DNA of 64,000 nucleotides from Nageia nagi. Its lineage: Eukaryota; Plantae; Pinophyta. Below the pieces are notes generated by a model. That model was not told the origin of the DNA. It searched no databases and was given only the letters and a program-made list of their open reading frames with translations. Positions 29,201 to 41,900 of this stretch are shown here, piece by piece (within the stretch, counting starts at the first letter, position 1; each line of letters starts with the position of its first letter). A program made the translations under genes and the position numbers. The stretch is taken from the NCBI GenBank assembly GCA_050084985.1, contig JBITNC010000001.1, positions 155,992,001 to 156,056,000 of the forward strand. The letters are read 5' to 3'.

Positions 29201-29560
29201 TTTACAAATTCCTGATCCACCAGTATTGCACAAAACAAAAATGTGGAGTCCTAACGTTCCAGGCGTCGTACGCCAGACACTCACGTGTAATTGGATTGGA
29301 GTCCACAAATATTTTTTGCTTTCACTGCCTTCTCCAGCCCAAATCCCTCATTTGCATGGTAAGAAGGGATTCAGTTCCAGTTCCATCCATCCCAAGGGCA
29401 ATTGGATTGGTTTTCAGGTGATTTTCCTGTTTCCCCATTAAATCTTCATTTTTTTCTACTGCCGTGCAATCTCAAATTCCTAGATTTATTTTAATTTTTA
29501 CTTTTCTACCATTATGATTTTAGTGTCTTGAATGTTTTATGCGGAGTGTAGATACTGTAT
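26290..29560 (+). repeat. Tandem array A: seven ~433-bp exon+intron units
   Basis: Putative exons 26325-26570 (degenerate), 26770-27016 (7-nt insertion, TAA, acceptor lost), 27209-27448 (TAA), 27961-28133 (67-nt net deletion, acceptor GG), and 28327-28566, 28761-29000, 29178-29417 (each 240 nt, open, AG/GT flanked). Confidence 0.95.
27490..27860 (+). repeat. Insertion in intron 3 of array A containing a 33-38-bp minisatellite (5 cores)
   Basis: Core cagtgaggtccaaagcaac repeated; insertion replaces part of the standard unit intron. Confidence 0.9.
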
Positions 29561-31046
29561 AGATATTGGTAAAAGTAATAAAACATACTTTAATGGCATT
29601 TAGTCTGTATTTTTCATTATTATTATTATGTGTAACGCTTGGGCGAGGAAGAGCTTTGAGAATGCATGGATTTCAGGTTTAGTGGAAGAGTTTTAGTTGA
29701 GGAATACATCCTGGAGATTCCACTTGGATCACCATGGTACTTTGGGTGCTACTAATTTGTCTGTTGTTGTTTAGTGTGTATAAAAAAATGTACGTAGAAA
29801 CCTTTTTGTTTGTTCTTGAGTTGCATTCTTGACTAAACGAGTACCAGTACGGTTTGTAAAAGACTTCATGAGATTGTATGCATTGATAATACATTTTGCT
29901 TCTTTTCTGCCTTGAAAATCTTTACATTCTATGGTGCTAGTTTTCATCTAGAACTGAGATTGAAACGAGGCGGGTTGGACAAAATAAGCGTGGTTTAGCT
30001 ATGAACTGCTATGTTAATTATAGTTTAAAATGTTCTTCAACTGTTGTAACTTGTAGATCAAATATCACGAAAGAACTTTAGCAGATCAAACTTCCTCGGA
30101 TATTTCTCAGAACTATATGGATCGGATACTTTTGAGGGAGTTTAGTCTGCAGTTCCGACTTCGTCGACAAAGGAAGGCGCAGAACACTCTGAACTTCTGT
30201 TGTGGGCAGCTCTCCGAGGCTATGGAATTGGATATGAAGGAATTGAGTTCTTCAATACATTGGTAATATGGACTCAATTTCAATTTTAGTATGGTTTACT
30301 TCGCCAATCCATGTGATGGTGAAATGGTAATATCAATCAAGATAAAATGCCGATCATCTTTATGTAGTTGATGAGTTTTCTTTGTTGAACATCTTACTTG
30401 TATTGAAACTGAAACGAATACATTTTTTTTTTGCAGCGGGGATAAAGATGTGTTTCTCTGTCACAGTGGCAAACAGAAGAATTTCGTTCGACAGCTTCAT
30501 CGAGACCTGATGAGAGCTCATGTTTCATGCTTCTTTGACGAAGATAACAGAAGCTTACCACTAGCCGAAAAGTTTCCTCCTCTCATATTTAAAGCTGCCG
30601 AAAGATGCAAAATAGCAGTTGTGATTCTATCCAAGGATTTTATTGTTTCAAAGTGGCCAATGCTCGAACTCTCGGCCTTCATTAGCGCCATTAGTTCAGG
30701 TACAAATGCCAAGCTCAAACTACTGCCCATATTTTTCATGATGAGCCCAAAGGAACTTCGCATCACGAAAGACAGTCCTGAATGGCAAAAGTTGGATGTA
30801 AGCAATGACACAAGAGCTAAATTTGAAGATGCTCTAAAAGAAGTTCGCCCAATTAAGGGATTCCACGTTCGTGAAGGTGAAAATGAAGTGGAGTTGAGAG
30901 ACAATGTTGTGAAAGAAATCTGTTGCCTCCTTAAGGGAATCGATCCGGAGTACGCCATTAGAGAAGCCCCTCAAAGCTATATTCAATTAAAAGTGAAGTT
31001 CTTGAAACTTTCTATCATGTTCAGGTTTTACTGGAAGTCCCATTAG
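28327..31046 (+). CDS. Putative spliced gene A: 80-aa repeat exon(s) + linker + TIR; 5' end unresolved
   Basis: Exons 28327-28566, 28761-29000, 29178-29417 (phase 0-0), [29677-29736 microexon with stops, would need skipping], 30057-30262 (phase 0-2), 30437-31046; joins are in frame. Confidence 0.5.
29677..29736 (+). pseudogene. Putative 60-nt phase 0-0 microexon, copy A, with in-frame stops
   Basis: tttcAG|GTT...ATG|GTact; reads V*WKSFS*GIHPGDSTWITM. Confidence 0.5.
30057..30262 (+). CDS. 206-nt linker exon upstream of the TIR exon, copy A
   Basis: ttgtAG|ATC...TG|GTaat; 68 open codons IKYHERTLADQ...ELSSSIH; TG+C completes a Cys codon in frame with GDKDVFLCHSG. Confidence 0.75.
30437..31046 (+). 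CDS. TIR-domain exon (TIR-only/TX type), intact
   Basis: T-tract gcAG acceptor at 30436; DVFLCHSGKQKNFV, CFFDED, IAVVILSKDFIVSKWPMLEL (catalytic Glu position kept), LLPIFF; no NB-ARC follows. Confidence 0.93.
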
Positions 31047-31293
31047 CTGGCATCAAAGCTATATTTGCTTCAACTTCAACTTCTTATGGCCTAAGGAAAT
31101 GATTGGCATGCAGTGGCTATGTTATTCTAATTTTTACATACTTGTTATTAGCATTATTGGATAGTCCTGGGAAATAGCACAGTTATTTATATTATATGTT
31201 TTATTCTATTTTAATATTTTTAAATTTAGGAGAAGGATATTTAAACTTGAAATATATTTTATCAGTTTTTTAATGGAATATTTTCATCTTTAC

Positions 31294-31446
31294 CAGAGCT
31301 GGGCAATGCCTTGGTTTGAAATAGTGAGACTTCACCATGATATCCTTTATATGCAACATTCTCACTATTCTGGGGATTATACCGTCGTTCGTAGCTATAC
31401 ACACAACTAATTTGGCTTACGGCACCTTCATGGAAGTATCAACGTA
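31294..31446 (-). pseudogene. Truncated fragment of the ARM-repeat pseudogene at the end of duplicate A
   Basis: Matches 46899-47052 and breaks off at gtatcaacgta. Confidence 0.85.
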
Positions 31447-32119
31447 AATTTATGTTTACAGATTCACAGAGATAATATCCCATATTAGTTGAACATAAAT
31501 ATGCACTAAGTTTTTTTCATATTTTCATATTCATGAAACTAATAAGCCATATTAGCTTCACAAATATGCAAATGAATTTTATTTTAAAAAATATATTTAC
31601 ATATTCATGAAGTTAATATGTTATATTAGGTTCATGAATTCAATATTGTATTTTTCATGTTTGCAAATTCATGAAGCTAATATGTCATATTAACATTGTG
31701 AATCTTCTTAAATAGATTCACAAAGCTAATATATCATATTACCATCGTGAAACTATATTACCAAATTTTTTGTATTTAAATTCATATTTATGAAACTAAT
31801 ATAATTGAATAACTTTTTTATTTAAATTTATGTTTACATATTCATAAAACTAATATAATCAAATAATTTTGCAAATATACTTCAATGATTAAAAAGACAG
31901 AAGTCTAAACCATGTAAATGATATATATATATCCCCTAGTTAGACAACACTTTTTCAAGATCATTGCATCATTTAACAACTAGTCAACGACCTTTTTTGA
32001 ATATAGGACGGAGAAAGTTCACTCAATCAATCGGGAAGTTGGAAAATTTAGAAGACATTGGATCTGAGCACAGACCTTAACTTCGTCAACGCCACTGAGC
32101 ACTCTTGTCCAACCATCAG
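31447..32119 (+). repeat. Block Z (AT-rich tattcatgaa(a/g)ctaatat sub-repeats plus LRR remnant), repeated at ~41116-41900
   Basis: Near-identical to 41116-41900 apart from indels. Confidence 0.93.
32015..32090 (+). pseudogene. Single NLR/RLK-type leucine-rich-repeat remnant; second copy 41805-41880
   Basis: CAA TCA ATC GGG AAG TTG GAA AAT TTA GAA g ACA TTG GAT CTG AGC = QSIGKLENLE/TLDLS with one frameshift. Confidence 0.55.
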
Positions 32120-32348
32120 CGACACCTGGAAAACGTGTGTTTTCACTCCATTTCGTCTGTTTCGATGCGCATGTCTGACTACTACGTACCCCACCGAAGC
32201 CTTACTAGTTACAGCTATACATCTATAGGCGCCAACATCTATATATATTGATTTACTAGAATGTTGATCCGGAAGAAGTTATATTAATTATTTCGAGACT
32301 GGTGAAGAATGATATATGCAGTACGTACATAACAGGCTGCCAGAGCAA

Positions 32349-35300
32349 ATCAAATATTCTTACTTAGGAAGAAGCCAAGGAGCTATCAAAGATACATGCA
32401 TAATACTTGGATAATGCCCCTAGAGTAAACTATAATGAGAGGGAAGTGTTTAGTCACATGGATATCTTGTACACGGGTGTAGAAAGGCCATTGCTACAAC
32501 ACAAGTGGCTAGAGCTTATTGGTAAAGGGAAGACCATGATGATAGAAAACAATATCATGCTTAACCAAGGGTTGGCATACTTTATGTCATATGAGTCTTT
32601 TACATGCCTAGAACTACTTACAACCATCACCTTGAGTCATAGCTCCTAAGACTACATAATTAGGGAATATAAGAAGCAAAGGAAAGGTGAAGAGGAATCA
32701 TAATATTAGCCAGATACCTTCCTAGATTACTCCCCTACCATCATTATGAACGTATTTGCAATTCCATTTGATTGGAGCTTCCATGTCAAGAAGCAGATTG
32801 ATTTAAGTAAAAATGAGACTTTTACCAAAATGAAGATGATATGATCAACTGGATAGATGAGAGGTATGGTACGAATACCACCAAGCTGCACCAAAGCTAA
32901 TGCATTGCATTATTTGAAAAATATTAGGATAAATAAGTCCTATAAGCTCTAGCGATGATTATTGGGTGTATGACCCAAATTGAAGCTGATGAGGCAATGG
33001 TCAGAATGACTTACAACATTGTTAAAGGGTTAGTCTATTATAAATTTGCTACATTCTTATCAAATAAAATTTAAAAAAAAAAAATCTATTTAATATTGAG
33101 AAGGGAGATTTTAGACATTCTTCCTATCTGTGGTGATTAACTCTCCACGAAAATCTATAATTTTTGGTTGATGGAGAGCTATCCTTAGTATTAATAAGCA
33201 CTTCTATGGCTCCTACAACAATCGATATGGGGGTGTCGATACTCACCAAGTTTCATGGCTCTTATTATGAGTTCATGGGAAGATTTTTTTCCCCATCCAT
33301 CAAGATTATCATAAGGAGAAATGTATATAGATTGTACTAGACTATCTATGAAGAGCTCTAAGGTAGAAATAAAATTAAAGACTAGTATTTTTTAAAGAAT
33401 AGGACAGTCATTTTGAGGTATGGATATTTTGAAATTCCCTTTTTGCTACCCAAAATTTTCACCAAGCAATTATATTCTTTGGAGATGGGTAGAAAAATGA
33501 ATGTAATAGAAACTAAATATGGGTCGAGCAACAATTTTAAGCCAATAATAAAAATGTCGACTATAGCAGGTAGTTTTGTGTTAATAGAAATAGATTATAA
33601 AGATGAGTTATCAAATTTTATAATTCAAAACTTTAAGTTAGAAAAGGTATAAGATGATTGGATGGATGAACCCATAAGGGAATATACATAAATTATAAAA
33701 GCTTATAAAAAATGCTTAGCATTCAATCATGAAGCCTAATCCCATATTAAATATTTTACTAACTAAATTGAGAAAAAAGCTTAAGCATCCCCAAAGTGGG
33801 AATATGGCATTAGATAAAGCATGGATGGCCTCAGTAGATCTTAATAAGTATAGATTATGGAAGACCAAAAGGTAGAAATTTTCTTTGGCATCAGAGGTCA
33901 TTGCTTAGTTATGGGATGACTTGGTATGGGGCCCCAAAAAAATTGAATAGTTTACCAAGTATAGGTTTGAGTATACCATCAAGGTGGTACATGTTTAAAA
34001 TAAACCTTTTGGTGAGTTTAAGAATGATCAATATTGGCATGCCTAGTATATAAAAGACCCACTACCAGAAAAAGGGCAACCTTTGTTGGAAAATTTTCAA
34101 GGAAAGGCCTTAAGAGAAGATCAGCCACTGGTGCAACATTTAGAGTAGCTTGAAGAATTCAAGAAGAGAAAACTTGTAGAGAGTTCTAGCATAAGGAAAC
34201 CTTTAAAGAAGAAAAAGGATACATAAGCCATAGCTACAGCTTTTGGGGAATCTTCCCCTAATAAATAAAGAAAATTAAAGTTAATAATAAAAGACCCAAC
34301 TAAAGAGTAGTAGGCCCCAAAGAAAAAGTAGCCAATAAAAAGGAAACCACATGTACCCAAACAAGTTTGAGTCCCATCTCTATGGGTACAAGAAGAAGAT
34401 CCAAGCATGGGAGATACTAAACTCCTAGATGCAAAGACTAATAAAACCTAAAGCACAAACAAATGGTATTTTAGGATGCATATGAATAAGTTAGGGATCA
34501 AATGCAAAAAGGAGGAAATATACTTGGGGCTGATGCAATAGTAGCAACATGAGAAGTGGGTGGTAATGGATATGATGATGATGATGATCCTAATAAGAAG
34601 AGAGGCTTTAGTCCAATGGACAAGGCACCAGAGAAAGATATGGATACTATAGAAGAAGAAGAAGAAGAAACATAGAAAGAACTTGCAGTGAAAAAAAAAA
34701 AAAGAAGATGCCTACCTTAGAAACACCTGTATCAACTTCAAAAGTAGGTACATCTCATCATTCTTTGATTCCTTATTCAATCTCCTTAGGAGGAGAAATA
34801 CAAAGTATTTTTTCTACTCAATTAGTAGAGCCCATTGATTGGGAAACATTCATTAATAACCCCCTACACTCCTCAAGAAATAAGGTAGATTATTGAGTAG
34901 AATTATAGATATGAGGGATATTGAAATTGCATAGATACCCTTCAAGGATGGACAACATACAACCCCTACCATTGTTATAAATGTATATATGTAGAGTGAC
35001 CCAATAGTGGATCAGTCGAAGTATTTTATAAATACTTCTCTAGAAGAAGAAAAAAATCTCTAATCTATAGAGAATAAAATAGAAAAATTAAATAAAAAGC
35101 TTAAGCATCTCAAAGGAGATTGCTTGTAAAAAGATAAAATGGTTGTTGAATTACAAAATTAGAATAAAGAATTGGTTGAAAAGTTGGCCAAGAAAAAATT
35201 TGAGCATGATAAAAGCCTATTGGAAGCTTAGAGTTGAAAAAATTAAAGAAACAAATTGAAGAGCTATAGGCTCAATCCAGCATAGTAGAGCTGGAAAAGG

Positions 35301-36200
35301 CTCATAAAAAAGAAGAGGAGTTCAAAAGGATTATAGCAGCTAATAAAGTTTTGAATGATGACCAAGTAAAACTACTACAAATCATTAAGAACTATAGGAA
35401 AGATTTGGTGGAATAGGTTGGAAAGAGAATGGTAAGCCTATCTAAAATATATTATTTAAAAAATCAAATAGAAAAGGTTATACTTCAATATGATGCTCTA
35501 ATCGCACTCCAATAGTTAGCCTTAAAAGCCCCAAGAGCATGAAATGAATAAATACAGAGTTGGCTTAAGGTGATAATAGAGAAGGATTTGGCCACCATAA
35601 CTCCAAGGCCAAAGTAAACACTTTTGTGAAGGATTAAGGATGTTTGCAATTTGAAAGATTTGACATTAGGCCTAGACCTAGAATAAGGTCAATTAAAGGT
35701 AGAAATAAGCTTTATAAATATATTTTTCAATTATTTAATTCAATTGGAGGCTCCCAAATTATGGAAATAATCAGATGTACAAAGTAGTGTTGACTAATGG
35801 GTGGAAAATACTAAGTTATTTTTAGATAGAGATTCGATAATAAATTTGTTTGAGAAATAACTCTCAAACCTGCAAGAAATGAGTGAGCATGCTTAAGAAG
35901 CAATTTCTATATTTTTGAATGCTAGAAGATTGGAGAGTGTTTTGATGGGATTTAGAGAAATTATTACAAAATTTCAAGCATGCCCTATCCTGTCATAAGT
36001 GGATAATAAAGATCTCAAGGATTTATACAAAAAGCTTCAATCCTTATTACCTACAAAGTTGATCCCTCAATAATAGGTCCCATAAAAAGATAGAACTGGG
36101 CAAGCAAGTGGAAGTAGTCAATAAGGGTTCTATTATCCAATAGGCTGAAGACTCCAAAGAGATGCCAAAAGATTGTTATTCTTGTAGAATTACACTCTGA
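32349..36200 (+). mobile_element. Heavily degraded long ORF (K/E-rich, coiled-coil-like 3' part), probably a retroelement accessory ORF
   Basis: Purine-rich, codon-like, CpG-poor sequence with many stops; starts exactly where block X' is cut (32348); no diagnostic motif recognised. Confidence 0.4.
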
Positions 36201-38049
36201 AAGGGATAATATTCTTTACATTCATTATTTTTTCATTCATTCATTCCTTTCCCAATAAAACCCCTTATATACTTCATGTTTCTTATTCCCCTTTCTTTCA
36301 TTTGTAAATACTTGTACAAAATTCTATGATGAGTTTACATTGTATACACTTAACATTTTTCTTAAGTGTCTTATATTATATACGCTCATAGTTAAGATGT
36401 AATTTTATTTAAGAAGTTTCTAGGTCATATTTATGTTATCGATTCTTAGTTAGTAAAGTGTTATTCAAAATAACCATTTTGTTATAAGGTGGGTGTTATT
36501 TGTACAAAGTTGAATGAGTCATGACCAAGAGATATGTGTAAGTCATAAGCTAAAGAGTCTCCATTTTGTAATATTGGCTAAGTCATTTTTAGGACTTATT
36601 TAGGTCTAATTCGGATCTTATTTTTGGGTATTATTATATATAGTCTATTTTTATGTCTAAATTCAATTTCAATCCCTATCTTGAGTCTTGTTACTTAGGT
36701 TTCATTCTTGTATAGTCTAGGGTTATTTTCAAGCACTATCATACATAATCATTAGTTTTGGTTAAGTCATGTAACAGGTTTTGTCGTTAGAGTCAAGTGA
36801 AATAGGGACCATGAAAATTTAAAGGTGACATAATTCTTTTTGATGGAAATTAGTAGGTGGTCCAATGGTTCTTCATTGAGGGAGTTATTCACATATCCAT
36901 ATTCAGTATACCCTGCCAATTTTTAGTGATGATATCATACCTTTTTTGAGAAATCGATAGACAATAAACATCTTAGGTTTTAACAATACCCACCAATGTG
37001 TAATAAGACTTGCTAGGGGTAAGTAAAGACTATAAGAGGAGGTAAACACCTAGGTACACTTGATTAAGAGTGTGTGACCCCTGGGATTTTGCCAACATGT
37101 CATCAACAATTCATTTTCATGTGGAAGCAATAGTTCACTCTCATATTTGAATGGTTACATATTGTTTCACCCTTATAATAGTTGGCACTATAATTATAGA
37201 AAAAGCATTTAATGATTACAAAGGGTTGGTAGGTCACCAATTGATTAATCAATTTAATTGTACATGCAAAGATGGTGAACCATACCTCATAAATACAAAT
37301 AACAATTCATATATGCCACTATCAAGAGATAAAGGATGATTGATTATAGCTAAATTGATACATGATTGAAGTTTTGTATATTCCAAGAAATGGCATTACA
37401 TCAAGACCATAATCCATAATTAGTTATAGTTACAGATTCATTTGTACACATTGTAAATATTAATTTTTATTTAGTTCTTAGTCAATGAGGTAGTTGTAGT
37501 TATTAATGGTGGACAACCACCCTTTTTATAAATAATATATTATAAATAGTGGACTCTTAGAGGTCCAAAAGGTTAGACATTTTAACAAAGTTTTCTAGTG
37601 TGAGAAGTGTTTTCATATATCATAATACAATACTATGGTATTTTGCCCTGTACAATTTATGGTTGTTATCTTGTTTTGTAATCATTATGTGTGAAGCATT
37701 GTCCTAAATTGTGGTTATGCATTGAGATTGTGAGACCCCAAGAGTAAGATAGTTATGCTATTCTTAATATTGGCTATGGATTGCTACCTATGCGATGATG
37801 CTCAAGATGATTAGTTTTAGTTTACTTTTAGTAGCTTAGATTTTGATATCTTACCTATCACTTTTGATATTTTTCATCTCTTTCTTGTAACTTTTAAACT
37901 TTATTATAGATAGGAACCGACCTATAACCCAAAGATTGAGTAGAAAACCCCCAAGAGCGCACTGTCCCACCACTTTCTACTCTTTAAGAACCCTACTATT
38001 TTTAGGAAATGAAGAACTATACTAGACCAAAACTTTAGGTTACATTATA

Positions 38050-39735
38050 TGGATAAATAGTAGGTGACCTTGTCTTGAAAGAGAATCTTACCAACACTAA
38101 AGCACTTAAAAATGAAAAGAAAGGTAAATTTGAACCTAACTGGATTGGGCCTTATATTATCATTGCTAATTATGGAAAAGGTGCATACAAATTATCTACA
38201 ATTGAAGGTAAAGATGAACATAATCCAATTAATTTCATACATCCAAAAAAGTTTTATGTCTAATGTCTCTTTTTATGTACATATATATTTTTACATTTCT
38301 AGATACTAACATTCTAGGTCAAACACACATATCCTAGTATTACTGTTAGATTCCTAGTATCATCACTACATTCAAAACATGTCCATGATCAGGTAAATGA
38401 ATGAAGAGGTAACATGTCCATTTCTTATCTCCTTTTCATAAATGTATTCATTTATCATATATCTCTCTTATCGATATTATCACTTGATGCCTTCATAAAG
38501 AGGGATCATCCTTATCAAAATCCATGGAAATATAGTAGCTTGGGGAAACCAAGCTGGTCACTCTTATCATATGACTCCTTTGTAAGGAAGGGTCATTCAA
38601 ATCCATGGCAACATGGTGGGTTGGGAATCCAATCCGATCCACATAAATTGATTATTGTTCTTCAGTGTTGGTGGGTAAGTGACCAAAAACATATTTGCAT
38701 TTCTTATCACTTATCATATTTGAGTTATCTTATATGCAAAATATTTCTTATCTAAGATCTTTGTAGATTTTGTGATTCTTTGCCTTAAATTGCTCCTATG
38801 ATGAGAGGTCCATCATGTCATGACCAAGTCAAAGAGGGGGCATAACATAGCTAAACAATTGGGGCATTTGAAGCTACCTCCATGTGACACCTTATAAGGG
38901 AGTACTCTTTTATTCTTATCTTTTCTTGAATATACTTTGAATTATGTATTGATTTCCTTTGTTCAAAGCATCAAATCATATTCAAATTGGGACATCTGTT
39001 AACACCTAAAAAGGAATTTTAATTTAATTAAAACCCCTTTTTAGTTATTCAAAATGATTTATTTAATTTATTAAATAAATGTCTTTATTTATGTGCACTC
39101 TCATCTACCTTTGTATTTTATGGTAACAAATGGTTCGATCTCATAATAAGCCTAAGGATGAGCCTTGCCACTTTACCTATTTCCTATAAAGGTGGATGGA
39201 GCATTCATTATCATTATCATGAAATGATTGATATGATCTTGCATAATCTTGAATCCTTGATAGGTGGCAATTACTAGTGTCATTATTGATTGATGTTTCT
39301 CAATGCCACCTATTAATTTTAGAAGTTGTTATACTTTGATCTATACATCTCTATGATCTTTCACACCTTTGGGAATGATATTCTATGGAACAAAGGTTTG
39401 ATGATAACATCGAGATTGAGGCAAGGCTAAAATGGAAAGGTAGTCGAGCATCGTTACTAGGTTTCTAGCATCACCATTGGGTTGAGTTTGTATTGGTGGC
39501 TCTACTCTTCAAAGAGGCTTTTTGTTCATCTTCTTTCATTCAGATATTACCTTCAATCATTTTCATAGGTAAAGTATAGGTTTGTATCTTTCATTTTCCA
39601 ATTTTGATAGGTTAAAGGTAAATTTAATTACTGGTACTACTTTGTCCATAATTTTATGGTTAATTAATTAATTGAATATTCTATAAATAACCCTAATTTA
39701 ATAATTAGTTTTATTATTTTCTAGTTATAACAACA
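38050..39735 (+). mobile_element. 3' end of a Gypsy element: integrase GPY/F domain, 3' UTR and putative LTR (38997-~39735)
   Basis: VGDLVLKEN...KGKFEPNWIGPYIIIANYGKGAYKLSTIEG...KKFYV* (to 38263); TGTTAACACCTAAAA at 38997 resembles the LTR start at 21238. Confidence 0.8.
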
Positions 39736-40189
39736 AATGCCTCTATCTTTCATCATTTTTGTATGTTTTTTATTTTATTCCCCCTACTAGATATAACATA
39801 AATATTTTAGAAAAGCACATGATTTACAAAATCTTAGTGCTTCCCTACCTATTATAATTCCTAACAAATAATTCTAAGAGAAGATTAGTGATGAAAATAT
39901 GTTGGACTATTTCAAACATCACTTCTAGAAATAAACAATAGATACAGATAAGTTATTTTGTTGTTTGATGTATATTTAATACATATTCTTATTTCAATAT
40001 TTCTTGAGCAAATTATTTTTCTAAAAAAGTTTTCAAACATCAAATTTTTATATAATTCATTTAAATTTAGTTTGAGTGCTAGGAAAATAACATAAATGGG
40101 TTTCTTATAGAAAATAATGATATTTATAAATGAAAAACAATTAAAATATTTCAAGTAATGATTATATACTTGTAATAAGGATTTAACAT

Positions 40190-40810
40190 GAACATTGCTC
40201 TACTAATGGACCAACATATTTTTCATGAGACACAATATGAATGAGTTTCTTATAAAAAAATTTATTCCTCATTAAAATGTAGTTTCATAAATTGTAATGG
40301 TCATAAGATATGCATAAATGGATTTTCTAAGAATACCGTAGATACCTTTAAATAAATTCAAATGTCAGGATTAAATCTAAATTCTATAACCTTTGCTAAT
40401 GTTCTTCCAATATATGCCACCATGGTAACTCTAGAAGGAGGCATGGGAATCTATTAAAGAGTAGTTGATAATGTGTTTTTATTGAATGTTGTTGTTGTTT
40501 GTGCCCTTGTAGATATGTATAAAAACTATATAAGAATACCAAAAGTCCCATAAATTATTTGACAAGATGCATGATGCAAATACATCTTTCCTAGCTTTTC
40601 ATTGAAACTAGCATAAGTTATCTTCGAATACGTTTTATGCAAGAGCAAAGGATGCCATATAACTATTTTTGAAGATGCATGATGCCAACATAACTCTATG
40701 AACTATAATGAAATGGATTTTGATGGACCCTAATAGACATATATGCAAAACATGGAAGAATAAAAAAGGTCTAGATATTATTTGACAAGATGCATAGTGC
40801 AAATACTAAA
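40190..40810 (+). pseudogene. PLS-class pentatricopeptide repeat (PPR) gene remnant
   Basis: NSITFANVLP...VVVVCALVDMYK...KLFDKMHDAN, with FDKMH(D/S)AN-like motifs recurring; stops and frameshifts. Confidence 0.85.
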
Positions 40811-41900
40811 TAAATAGAATTTTCACTGCTTACTTTTATAGCTTAAGTGAATTTGTTACAAAAATATTGTTATGGGCTTGTTCTCCTTAGCTCTGCTAAT
40901 GCCAAGGTTCTAGGTGTTGCTTGCTTAAAATGAGCTCTTCTCGATATTTTTCTTATTTGAAATGAGCCTACCTATATTAATGGCATCATCTTCGTCATGT
41001 AGGGTAGGTGGTGCATAGGAAGTGTGGTTTAGTTTTGTTTTAAAATTTAATTTACATTTTTTTGAAGCAAATATATCATATTAGATTCAAAACATTTCAT
41101 ACGTTTTTTTTTTAAATTTATGTTTACAGATTCCCATATTAATTGATTCATGAAGATAATATCCCATATTAGTTGAACATAAATATGCACTAGGTTTTTT
41201 CATATTTTCATATTCATGAAACTAATAAGCCATATTAGCTTCATGAATATGTAAATGAGTTTTATTTTAAAAAATATATTTACATATTCATGAAGCTAAT
41301 ATATTATATTAGGTTCATGAATTCAATATCGTATTTTTTCATGTTTGCAAATTCATGAAACTAATATGTCATATTAACATTGTGATCTTCCTAAATAGAT
41401 TCACAAAGCTAATATATCATATTACCATCATGAATCTTCTTGAATAACTTCACAAATCCAATATCATATTGTTTCATGTTTACGTATTCACGAAACTAAT
41501 ATAATTAACTTTCTAAATATATTACCAAATTTTTTATATTTAAATTCATATTTATGAAACTAATATAATTGAATAACTTTTTTATTTAAATTTATGTTTA
41601 CATATTCATAAAACTAATATAATCAAATAATTTTGCAAATATACTTCAATGATTAAAAAGACAGAAGTCTAAACCATGTAAATGATATATATATATCCCC
41701 TAGTTAGACAACACTTTATATATCCCCTAGTTAGACAACACTTTTTCAAGATCATTGCATCATTTAACAACTAGTCAACGACCTTTTTTGAATATAGGAC
41801 GGAGAAAGTTCACTCAATCAATCGGGAAGTTGGAAAATTTAGAAGACATTGGATCTGAGCACAGACCTTAACTTCGTCAACGCCACTGAGCACTCTTGTC

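Noticed and set aside
30057-30262. Protein-like alternative frame (ELLLWAALRGYGIGYEG) in the linker exon
   Set aside because: One stop in A, three in B, and out of frame with the TIR exon
30518-30958. 146-aa minus-strand ORF (also 46102-46542)
   Set aside because: Antisense shadow of the TIR exon
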